Under the pieces are notes generated by a model. It was given only the letters and a program-made list of their open reading frames with translations, had not been told where the DNA came from and searched no databases. 51,521 nt of DNA from Aplysia californica (Eukaryota). The first letter of the stretch is position 1. Each line of letters begins with the position of its first letter. Below are positions 35,521-45,745 of the stretch, piece after piece. The DNA is taken from positions 597,027 to 648,547 of the forward strand of contig NW_004797432.1 in NCBI RefSeq assembly GCF_000002075.1, given 5' to 3'. Made by a program: the position numbers and the translations under genes.

Positions 35521-36091
35521 CAGTCGGGCACAGATAACACAGACTTGACAAGGAAAACTCAAAATCGCTGAGAGCTCACACAGTTTGCCATTCCCCAACT
35601 GATACCTCTCTTTAATTTTTCATTATCGTTTAACCCGAATTATGGATGTGTCAAACACATTTTGAGACACTGAATTACAAAGTTCTATCTGCCCAGTGTC
35701 TTGTTTTGAGAAATTTGAAGTAAAAAATTTTGAGTTTCACAATATGTCAAGCTTTTTCAAAGGCAATTCTTTGAGGATCTTGACTAAGACTTCAAATAAT
35801 CTTTCAAAATTTTGATAGGGCAGATAGAACAATTGGTTTCTGACCTCATGATCTTAGTGACTCAAAATGGCCAAAAATGTCAGATAAAATTTTGTAATTC
35901 TAATACGGGGTGCCCACTACGGCTGGATCGGGCCGATCGCCTGACTCGATCGCCTGAAACTGAAAACAAACATGTTTGTTTTTGAGGCGATCGAGCCGGG
36001 CGATCGGGCCGATCCTATCCGTAGTGGGCATCCCGTATAAGACAGCGATTTGTCAATCTCTGACGTGTTTGGAGTTATCCGAGCCCGACTG
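35521..36091. mobile_element. Tc1/mariner (pogo-like) MITE with nested insertions
   Basis: TIRs cagtcgggcacagataac / gttatccgagcccgactg-TA; a shorter empty relative lies at 43662-43841. Confidence 0.8.
35904..36037. mobile_element. 134-bp near-perfect palindromic MITE
   Basis: tacggggtgcccactacgg...aaacaaaCATGtttgttt...ccgtagtgggcatcccgta, flanked by TAA on both sides. Confidence 0.88.
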
Positions 36092-39000
36092 TACTCACGT
36101 TAGGTGATATACCGTATGACCCACAGTTCTCCTTTGAGGCGTCGCTTGTCAAACAATTACCACAACCACAACAACAACAACAACAAACCTACTGAGCAAA
36201 CAGAAGTCAGTAAAAACTGAGGGCAATCATAATACATATATACATATGAATAATATGTAAATAGAATAAATATATTATTTCCCTTGTTTAGCACGCAACT
36301 GGAATGTGCATACATGGACGGCATCAGCTGATGGCTGGGTCTGTAGAACTGACTTGCAGACGTTTGGAATGGACATTTAATTAAATATATTGCACAAGGC
36401 TGGAATGTTTGGCTTCTCCTGGGTTCTGAGGCAATAAACAAATTACAGGGAATCTTCTGACCAGTTATAGAGCGCTTTCCAGTGTATTCCGGATATTTAG
36501 CTTTATACTTGTAGGTGAATATGAACTGATTCAAAAACTTGTCTCTAACAAAATTTAGTATTCACATACACTTCCTCAAACATTTTTTGACAATTTCAAA
36601 AGACAAAATTGTAGAAATAGAAAAAGCATTCAAGAATTTCCGTGCATTATGCTTACATGTTGAGGAAATTCAGTCACAAAGGGGCAAAGTGGTCAGAACA
36701 AAAAAAACGTATTGTGACATCTGATCATGATTTTAAAAGATCTAAAAATACATTACATATATATAAGTTGAAACCAACCAAAAAAAGAACGGATTTTTCG
36801 TTCAAATTCCAGTAAATAATAACGGACTATAGGATCGTCTCTGACTCCTGTACAATAAGTCAATAAGATTGTCGAGAATTTGACGATGTGATAAATGGTT
36901 TAACAGGCATATTATCCCAACTGACAGTGGACAAAACTGTAAAATTCAGAGGGCTTTTATTTCCCTGAGGTAAAAGCCTTCAAAAGTGGACATGGCATGT
37001 CATGTTCCACAACAGGGAGACATTGGAAGGACTTCCTAATAATGCACAGTAACTCAAGTTGACTTACAAAATACAGTCACAGATTTGCTTTTTAAATAAA
37101 TAAGAAAAGAAAGAAACTTGGAAATATAAAAAATAAACATTGGCAAGTGGACAAAAAAGAATGCTGACTTAAAATTTAAACAAGTTTAGCAAAGTAAGTA
37201 AACCCTGTCAACCTATAACAAATCTGTGGCTCATCATTCAAAAATCAAGAGTCAGAGTGATTTTAGCTTTTCCCACACTCTAGGCTTGTTTCACCTTTAG
37301 TTGAGAAGGGACAACAAAAGCAGGCTGGTACAAATGTGTAAGATGATACGACTTGCCAGCTCGTAATATAACACGTTATCCCTCACTCACATTACGCTCA
37401 GATTGACTGCTTAGTGTAAGACTCCGCCATATGCCGTATTGAAAAGATGAATATGATAGAGTTCTACCTATTCTGAGCAGTCGACAAGGATTCTAAATAA
37501 TCGCAGTGTTCCAAATTCTCCCCCCCCCCCTCCCACCCCCGATTCTAAATAATTGCAGTGTTCCAAATTCTCCCCCCCCCCCCCCTCTTTTTTTCCCCCA
37601 TTTTAAAGGAAACGAGACTGTAGAGCTCAGGGGTGAGCAGGTTCACCTAACTCAGTATGCAGAGCAAACATGACACAGTGTTAACAGCAATAAGCCTCCC
37701 CACAGCTTAAACATGTCATTTTGCCACAAACAGTACCCTTTAAGAAAGAAAAGATCACATGAGCTTTTAAAGATACATAAATAGTCAGAAAAAAATAAGA
37801 ATACTGTGTTGACAAAACATAAATAAATAAATAATGGTCCATTTAATTTAAGACCCTGCAAATTACAATTCAGTCTGCATCAAGGCCCAATGTAGTATGA
37901 CCCATTTATGGTTGTAATTTAACCTTCCTTTCAAGACCATCTTCCTTGAAATCTTTCTCAAGTACAAAGATTAAAGTTTTAATCCAAGATATCAAGTTAC
38001 ATCATCTTCTCTTAAACTTTTAGCATCGGGACATTTGATTAGCATACAATTCTACAACAATGACAGAGCAACTTACTTTATCAAAGAATAAAAATTATAG
38101 TTGAAAAAAAAAAGAAAGGCATTCCATGCTGTGGTCTTTCTCACATTTCAAACTATGAATTGACAATATAGTCTAAAGAAACTGAGAAGATGTAAGATAA
38201 CTGTGAAAGGGTACATTTTTTTCAAAATATGATTAACTTCTCTGACAAAATAAAGTTAATACGGAGATAAATTTCAAGTAAATGAAATAGTAGCTGTAAC
38301 ACAGTCCAACAAGGAAGACCAGGTCTTCGGAAACAGTCTCATTATTGACCGAGGTATCATCGTTTAATTCTCTGAAACACCCTTCATCTCAACCTTTCTT
38401 GTACATTTTACACAAATTTGTCTCTGCCCTAACTACATGAGAACAGGACTTGCGACAGAACAACACAAAACCACAGCCGGATGAATAAATAGTCTGTATC
38501 ACAAGGCTAAGTTAAACAACTCAATGCCCACATGGCCATCACGCATAGAGTGGTGACGTGACTCANNNNNNNNNNNNNNNNNNNNNNNNNNNNNNNNNNN
38601 NNNNNNNNNNNNNNNNNNNNNNNNNNNNNNNNNNNNNNNNNNNNNNNNNNNNNNNNNNNNNNNNNNNNNNNNNNNNNNNNNNNNNNNNNNNNNNNNNNNN
38701 NNNNNNNNNNNNNNNNNNNNNNTTCTTACTATAATCATCAAAGCCATTGTGTTTTCTCTAATGACACAACACAGAGAGGAACTGTGACAAAGGACAGTTA
38801 ATTGTCTTTGACAGACGGAATATTTTGCAAGGAACTGGGAACTAATGCTTTTAATGGGTCAGAAAGGTGACATATATATATAGCTTTATATGACTATGAA
38901 CATGAACAAATGTCAACAAGAAATCTGTGTTTTATGTCTGTGAAATATTTACAAAAATACAAACCATGATTACACACAAGCATATGCAAAACATGTGCAC

Positions 39001-39228
39001 ACACTCTCACACACACTCTACTTATTATCTGCACTCGTTTCGTTTATAAGTACAAAAGCAAAGAGCTGTCACATCGTCAAAGATACAACACAAAGCTCTC
39101 TGCAGCAGTTTCAGTCTGCTCTGCTAGATAATACCCAACAGTGCCTCAAGACTCCTGTATTTACTTTCCCTCCAGTCATACAAAAAGACAGTAGTTGAAA
39201 GGCAAACAAAAAGTCTTCAGAGGATATT

Positions 39229-39738
39229 ATGAACAGTTTCGCGACAAAAAGCGACATATCCATTTTACCGGTTTTGAGAAAAATGAAGACTTCTGTTCTT
39301 CGCCTATTTACAGAATAATCTTGAGTAATTTTGTTTTTAGAATAAACAACATCTAAAGCTTAGTTGATCATTGATATTTGTTGTATGATGAAATCTATGT
39401 AGGATTTTTATCCTTTAAATTGATGCCATCTACACAAAAAATGTGACATATCAACATTACAATAATAAGAAAGGAAAAATAATTGGCACCAAACTTGAAG
39501 AGAGAATTTGATTCGCGCACAGAGAATATGTTGCGGTTTGTCAAAAAATAAGATCTATTGCTGTTTTGTATTTTTAAAAAAGCGTTTCTGCACTTCTTTA
39601 AAGAGGAAAAAAATAATCAGTTTGGTGTAAAAAATTAATTAACTCTGGAATGTTCTTCATCTTTCTACGTATGACAGTAACAGCTTTGGCCAAACTTCAA
39701 AAATGGCATTTATCGCATTTTGTCATCAAACTGTTCAT
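39229..39738. mobile_element. ~510-bp non-autonomous DNA transposon with ~28-bp imperfect TIRs
   Basis: Left atgaacagtttcgcgacaaaaagcgaca versus reverse complement of right end atgaacagtttgatgacaaaatgcgata. Confidence 0.72.
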
Positions 39739-40348
39739 GTGTTCCCAGGAAGCTGAAGGAAGTATCAAAGTAATTGTTGTTTTTTTCCCTTTCAACAAAA
39801 ACAAATCTTCATGACTTAAAGAAATATTTCATCATAAATTTCTTAAGTATTTTTACATCCATGATTTTAGCACACTAGTATACCTTTGTCACTTTGACGA
39901 AATTAAGTCAGAGTTCAAAGTAGCAGAATGAGGTAACCAGGGCGCCCCACTGTTTTTCTCAACAATCAATGGGAGACAGTCAGTTAAGACTCCTCACTTT
40001 AATATATTTTTTTCTATGGATGTTGCAGAGGTAAATGTACAACCAATCAGTCAGATAAAGGGCTAAGTCTAAGCACAGAGCAGGAATACGCTTGACACAT
40101 GTAGCACACACAAATAATTCTGGTCTTTCATAAGACAAGACAAGATTATCTTCACAATAAGTGCTGTCTAAATGTCTCTAGGCGTAGTCACAATTAGGCT
40201 ATCCATAATAGTTTCTTATATTAGGCTTCATAATACATGAACAACACAAAATATTTCTACTTTTATCATGGCAAGGCAAGTACGTCCATTCAACATGCAA
40301 TGAGAGAATGAGAGAACATACTCATTCTGAGAAGCCAGCCTTAGTGCA

Positions 40349-40545
40349 TGGGTTTAACGTCCCTATCAACACTATTAGGTTATTTAAGAGGCAGGATCTC
40401 TAAATTTAAATACCAAGCCAAACTGCTTGAGAGCCTTGGAAACGCCACAAAACAACCTGAATTCAAGAATGCTCAGTCTAGGATTCAAACCAGACCCATC
40501 CGCTCCATAGTCCAGCATGACACCAAGTGAGCTATCATCAAAGCC
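40349..40545 (-). mobile_element. tRNA-derived SINE with a ...ataacctaatagtgttgatagggacgttaaacc tail
   Basis: Reverse complement has A box TAGCTCACTTGG and B box GGTTTGAATCC; sister copy at 49117-49330. Confidence 0.82.
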
Positions 40546-40569
40546 GTGAGAGTGAGATAGTGAGAGAAA

Positions 40570-40575
<6 letters not shown>

Positions 40576-40627
<52 letters not shown>
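40576..40627. repeat. (GA)n microsatellite
   Basis: Direct reading. Confidence 0.95.
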
Positions 40628-40630
<3 letters not shown>

Positions 40631-41037
40631 GTGTCATGTCACAGACAAGGGGAGAATAGAATTCTTTTCCAACATCAGGGACTGTTTAAAGGCAAACAAC
40701 TCCATGAGTTTTAAAAATATTTGCACACAAATATACATGGTCATTTCAGCTACCTACGGAATTATTTCAACTTTTCAGTGTAAGACTGTTCATTTGTGGG
40801 CATGGCCAAAGATTGACCAACTGAAACATGATGTGAAGGTTCACACAAGGGTTCCTGTTCACGCATCATGAAAACTTCTGAGAACTCAAAAATGATACGA
40901 ACCATTCTATCATGACTATGCAACATCTAACAACCCCCCCTCCCCTCCCAAGTGTGTGCAAGAACCATTGAGAGCTATGGACGAGAGACAGAGAGCAGCA
41001 GCGAAAGGCTTGCCCAGCTGGACATAACGTGGTTAGG

Positions 41038-41062
41038 TTATGCATAGCTATTCAAAGTGGAC
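41038..41062 (-). CDS. NEK10: Candidate NEK10 final mini coding exon (T-STLNSYA*)
   Basis: cttttaatgcAG acceptor; phase 2 matches the donor at 41293; TAA at 41038-41040. Confidence 0.45.
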
Positions 41063-41289
41063 CTGCATTAAAAGATCTCTTCAGTTGACTTATGGGATTC
41101 GTTTTCATTTTAATCGCAAATCAGGTCTTGAAAGTTCATAACTTTTGTTCTGTGAGGAGGCTATACCAGAAAACAGAGAATACGTATTTTCCAATAGGAA
41201 TACGGACTTCTGTTTTCAGACCATCAAAAATGTATTAAATACATTTTTAATGTACAAGTTGGCAGCTGTGTGTTTGTACGGGTTTGGCC

Positions 41290-41414
41290 TCACGTCGCGG
41301 GAGGCAGGGTCGTCTTGTAGTAGCCACACTCGTCCAGTGCTGCCTCAAGAATGGTCTGCATATACTCGTATGTGATCCCCACATCTTTATAATCTGGGTC
41401 ATACTGTGGTGTTG
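41290..41414 (-). CDS. NEK10: NEK10 C-terminal exon (ATPQYDPDYKDVGITYEYMQTILEAALDECGYYKTTLPPAT*)
   Basis: attcccAG acceptor; GITYE..Q...E...E.GYY motif; TGA at 41290-41292 overlaps a possible donor AC|GTGAGG. Confidence 0.92.
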
Positions 41415-41437
41415 CTGGGAATGCAAATACACAACTG

Positions 41438-41530
41438 GTTAGTTTTAGTTTTAGTAAGAGTTTTACGCACTTGCAACACAATAAGGTCATAGACATATAT
41501 GTGCTGCAGATTAGATGTGCTACAACACTA
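41438..41530 (-). mobile_element. Family A retroposon 3' part; its tail ends 23 nt before the NEK10 exon starting at 41414
   Basis: Reverse complement reads tctaatctgcagcacat...gaccttattgtgttgcaagtgcgtaaaaactcttactaaaactaaaactaac. Confidence 0.82.
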
Positions 41531-41888
41531 GTGATGAGGCAAGTTCGTTTGCTTGAGTAAAGAGTAGCTCATCAAAACAATAAAGGCCACATAGCAGTGG
41601 GGAAAAACAAAGACTGACAAAAATAACAGCAGAGGGGGATGTACCTGACAGTATGGGGAGAGACCAAAGAGTTTACATATAATACTACTGCTTGCTCTCA
41701 AAAAAGTACTCACTGGTCTGTTGAACTGCCCATGTCTTGCCCTTTAGGTTCAGCATCCCAGGGTGGACACAGGCAGCCCCTGTTCATTTACACAGGGGAC
41801 ATCACTGCCACAAACTATAGTACTAAATATAACCTCTTTGGGAGAGATTAAGTTAGTAAGTACATGATTAGGGCAAAAAAATACTTAC

Positions 41889-42000
41889 CAGGCTTGTCGG
41901 GATCAATAGGAGAGTCCAGCTCTCCATTAACAGAGCTTCTCTTCAGACATTCCAGGGGGCCAAGGTTAAGGTCAATGAGGTCGCGGGAACCTTGCATGAG
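41889..42000 (-). CDS. NEK10: NEK10 exon (LMQGSRDLIDLNLGPLECLKRSSVNGELDSPIDPDKP)
   Basis: ccttcctcAG acceptor and G|GTAAGT donor; 112 nt, phase 0-1. Confidence 0.9.
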
Positions 42001-42699
42001 CTGAGGAAGGCAAAAGACATTCTCACAACTGACTTGCGAACCCCAGGGAGACAGTAACTTGGGAAAACCTTGAGTTCATAATATGTGTGTATATATGCCG
42101 GGAAAAAGGTCCCAGTTGTCGCCAAAATTATTTTTGAGCAATGGGGCGAAAAGGCCAAAAAAATCATACTTGGTCAAATACTTAGTTCCATCAGAAAACA
42201 CATGTTTAACTATTTCTTAATAACATATTGAAAGAATTTTATAATATTTTACATCTAAATATTTTCTATCAGTTATTTTTGCAACACGTTGTACTTTAAC
42301 CAATGGTTAAAAATGTGCTAGAAATTTGGTTTTTCCCCAAACTTTATTTTTACACCCTGTGTTACAAAAAAAATGGCATACTTTGACCACAATTCAATCT
42401 GGTCTGAAAACACATTTATTTAAATCTCAGTTCACTAACTAGTTCTGTTTTCTTGCAACAGCAAATGCGATAAGTAGCCGCAGTGATTGTCTTTTTGTGT
42501 ATGCGTTATTTGTCAGATTGCGAGTATATATATTAGGGCCTATGTATTTGAAAGAATTGCTGTACGTTGAATGGACCAGTAAGCATGAAACATTGACTTA
42601 AATCTTTATTGTATTGTGAAGCACCTAGAGCCACCACGGAGTGGGCGCAATTAAAATTATCTTTATTATAAATTTTTAAATTTAAAAAAAATTAAAAAA

Positions 42700-43062
42700 T
42701 TATTACTATTATTATTATTATTATTATTATTATTATCATTATTATTATTATCCATGCTCTGCAGCAAGCTCTATGCGCTTTACAAGTTTTATTACCCCAG
42801 CAGACCCTGGGACACTCAGAAACATACTCAGCTTCCTGGGAAGCACACAGTGCAAGATGCAGATTGCGTGTGCAAAAACACAAACAGACTGACAAGATCT
42901 TTTGCTGTCTATAGCCAAGTACCCATTTCCACCTGGGTGAAACAGGGAAATTTCCGGTAACGTACCTTTCCCAAGGACACAACATCACACCCCTGGAGAG
43001 ATTCGAACCCATGACTTTATAGTCGCAAGTCTTAGAGCCTAACCACAAGGCCACCAAAGCCA
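42700..43062 (-). mobile_element. tRNA-derived CORE-like SINE (family of 19693) with an (AAT)n tail
   Basis: Reverse complement has A box TGGCCTTGTGG, B box GGTTCGAATC, gtgtccttgggaaagg, and tail gtaaagcgcatagagcttgctg plus a trinucleotide repeat. Confidence 0.85.
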
Positions 43063-43211
43063 CACAAATCATCTACAGTACTCACAGTATTTAGGGTACA
43101 TAACGTAACACATAAACCTGTTATGACAGACAAAAACTTTTTTCCAAAGTACAGAATTTGAAAAACAGTGGGTATTTCAGCTCACATGAGAAAAATGACA
43201 AAGTTAATTAC

Positions 43212-43322
43212 CTTCATCATTTCGTTCTTCAGGTTGACTGCAGAACTATGAGGGGAAAAGAGAGCTCGCTTGTACTGTTCAATGATTCTCCTGTTCGAAT
43301 TAGGGCTCAGGGTTGGAGGAAG
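43212..43322 (-). CDS. NEK10: NEK10 exon (LPPTLSPNSNRRIIEQYKRALFSPHSSAVNLKNEMMK)
   Basis: ttttccccaatAG acceptor and AAG|GTAATT donor; 111 nt, phase 0-0. Confidence 0.93.
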
Positions 43323-43398
43323 CTATTGGGGAAAATAATATTTTTTATTAGGTAAGGTTAGACACAAATGAGAGAGATAAGACAGCTGGTAATGATAT

Positions 43399-43574
43399 CA
43401 GTGGAGTTCGCTTAAACCAAACACAGTTAATCCGAAAACAGCGGTAAGCAGAAAAAAAAGAAAATCCCGGGGTTTTTTTTCTTCTGTTTTAGCAACCTCT
43501 CTCAATTGAAAACCCGACTAAACCAAAGAAAATTTGGGCGGTCTCACCGATTTAGGTTTAAGCTAACTCCACTG
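43399..43574. mobile_element. MITE with 20-bp TIRs (Tc1/mariner-like)
   Basis: cagtggagttcgcttaaacc ... ggtttaagctaactccactg-TA. Confidence 0.8.
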
Positions 43575-43661
43575 TATGTTGAAACATCCGAGACAACAAC
43601 AGAGATTACAGTGTAGAAAATTCCTGCCCTTACTTTTCTAACAAGATAGTGCAAGATTATA

Positions 43662-43841
43662 CAGTCAGGTACCGAAAACACGAACACGGCAAACTTGAAA
43701 TCATAAATAGCTCGAACAATTTGCCATCCCTCGACTGATATCTCTTTAATTTTTTTTATTTTTGGTTAACTAATATCATGGACGAGTCAAACACATTTGT
43801 GTCAATCCGCGACGTGTCTGAGTTATCCGTGCCTGACGGTG
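43662..43841. mobile_element. MITE, short relative of 35521-36091
   Basis: TA-cagtcaggtac ... gagttatccgtgcctgacggtg-TA; internal ttgccat..c..actgata..tctctttaattt and gtcaaacacattt are shared. Confidence 0.75.
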
Positions 43842-43881
43842 TAAACTAATGTCACATCACTCTCTCCCACAAAATAAAAGT

Positions 43882-44055
43882 GGGTGGTTGGCGGGTGTTC
43901 TGGTGTTGTTTGCTCCTTCTTTCCTATCAAACAACTATCTTCTGTATCTCTCCTCCTTCTTTTTTATGTTTGTTACTCTCTTGCAAAACCTCTAATCTTC
44001 GTCACTTATATGACCTGGTTGTGTTGCAAGTGCCGTAAAATGCTTACTAAAACTT
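43882..44055 (+). mobile_element. Family A retroposon, full length, 10-bp TSD
   Basis: TSD aaataaaagt at 43872-43881 and 44056-44065. Confidence 0.9.
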
Positions 44056-44499
44056 AAATAAAAGTCCCCAACAGTGGGAGTGGACACAGCCCAACAATAG
44101 AGACACAGACATGCAAAGACCAACACTCAACAAAAACACTGACCAAATAGAATTATCTATAAAGTGATTAAATACTAATATAGCACCTATCAAATCTATA
44201 GAGAGTGATATAGGTAGGTTTGTACAGAAGTTCACATACTCCTTTTTTCTTCTATGTTACCATAAAAAAATAACAAAATGGCAACATCAGCTTTATCAAA
44301 CTCCACGGGGGAAAAAAAAGACCAAAAAAAACAACAGGACATGACTTTCAATCAATGTTCAAAGTAAAGACAGAGAAACAGAATACAACCAAATCCCCCC
44401 CCCCCCCCCCCCCCCTTCCCAAAGGACTGTTGGGAAAGACAAGGAGTGTGACCTATTCCACTGTCCAAAGCGCAAAAACAGCAAAGCTTAGCAGAGTTC

Positions 44500-44675
44500 T
44501 TTAATTCTTGAAAGTATTTTACTACACTTGCAACACAATCAGGTCATAGTGCCAAAGATTAGAGGTGTTATAAGAGAGAAAGAAATACAAAAAAGGAGGA
44601 GAGGGAAAAAAAAGACGATAGATGTTTCATAGGAAAGCAGGAGCAAACCACACCAGAGCACCCGCCAATCACCCA
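44500..44675 (-). mobile_element. Family A retroposon, full length, 12-bp TSD
   Basis: Perfect TSD ttagcagagttc at 44488-44499 and 44676-44687. Confidence 0.9.
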
Positions 44676-44967
44676 TTAGCAGAGTTCCTGCTATGTCAAA
44701 ATTTACAGAAGAAGTGAATTGTCAACAATTATGACATACCCCTAACCCAAATGAAAAAAACCAAACAACCTACATGTCCCTAGATAAATGCATTAAAAAA
44801 AAAATATATAGGTGTTTTTATGCCCTCATCAATACAATTTAGATCATTTAGGAGGCGCGCTTCCGACCCTGCACCACCAGCAACAACAACAAGATCACCA
44901 CCAACAACAACAACAAAACAACAAAAAGAACAAAACAACAACAATATAAACAAGAGTGTGTCTCCAC

Positions 44968-45060
44968 CTGTGTGATGTAGATAAGCTTGTGCAGCTGGTG
45001 TAACATCTGCTGTACTGGGTCTGAGATCTCACGCATCCGATTGGGCGACACCGTCAACAT
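44968..45060 (-). CDS. NEK10: NEK10 exon, partial with its 5' end in an N gap (MLTVSPNRMREISDPVQQMLHQLHKLIYITQ)
   Basis: Strongly NEK10-like motif; CAG|GTGGAG donor at phase 0; acceptor hidden in gap 45061-45276. Confidence 0.92.
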
Positions 45061-45276
45061 NNNNNNNNNNNNNNNNNNNNNNNNNNNNNNNNNNNNNNNN
45101 NNNNNNNNNNNNNNNNNNNNNNNNNNNNNNNNNNNNNNNNNNNNNNNNNNNNNNNNNNNNNNNNNNNNNNNNNNNNNNNNNNNNNNNNNNNNNNNNNNNN
45201 NNNNNNNNNNNNNNNNNNNNNNNNNNNNNNNNNNNNNNNNNNNNNNNNNNNNNNNNNNNNNNNNNNNNNNNNNNNN
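45061..45276. other. Assembly gap hiding part of a NEK10 exon (other gaps at 19305-19404, 26879-27019, 30276-30488, 38566-38722)
   Basis: Runs of N. Confidence 0.99.
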
Positions 45277-45745
45277 AGCGCAAATTCCCGTTCAACAGCA
45301 AGCTCTACCTGCTTTACAATCTGTATTATTACCCCAGCAGACCCGATTGCATTCTGAAATAATCTCAACTTCCTGGGAAGCATACAATGCAAGCTGCCAT
45401 TTTATAGGCGCTAAAGCACTAACATACTGACAAGATCTTTCACAGTCTATGGCTGAGTACCCATTCCTACCTGGATGAAGTGTTTAGTTTTAGTAGAGGT
45501 TTTGCTGCACTCGCAACTGCATAACGTCGGATGAGCGCCAGAAGATAAGAGGTGCTACAAGAGAGTAACAAACATAAAAAAGAAGAAGGGGAGATAAGGA
45601 CGATAGATGTTTGATAGGAAAGAAGAAGCAAACCACACCAGAGCACCCACCAACCACCCACTTGGTGAAGTGGGGGAAAATTCATGTAAAGTGCTTTTCT
45701 CAAGGACATAACGTTGGGTCTGAGGCTCAAACTCCCCGACTCGCA
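45277..45745 (-). mobile_element. CORE-like SINE (family of 19693) interrupted by a family A element
   Basis: Segments 45277-45482 and 45666-45745 are collinear with 19693-20050 in reverse complement. Confidence 0.85.
45483..45665 (-). mobile_element. Family A retroposon nested inside a CORE-like SINE
   Basis: TSD tgaagtg at 45476-45482 and 45666-45672; the flanks rejoin into the SINE. Confidence 0.9.
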
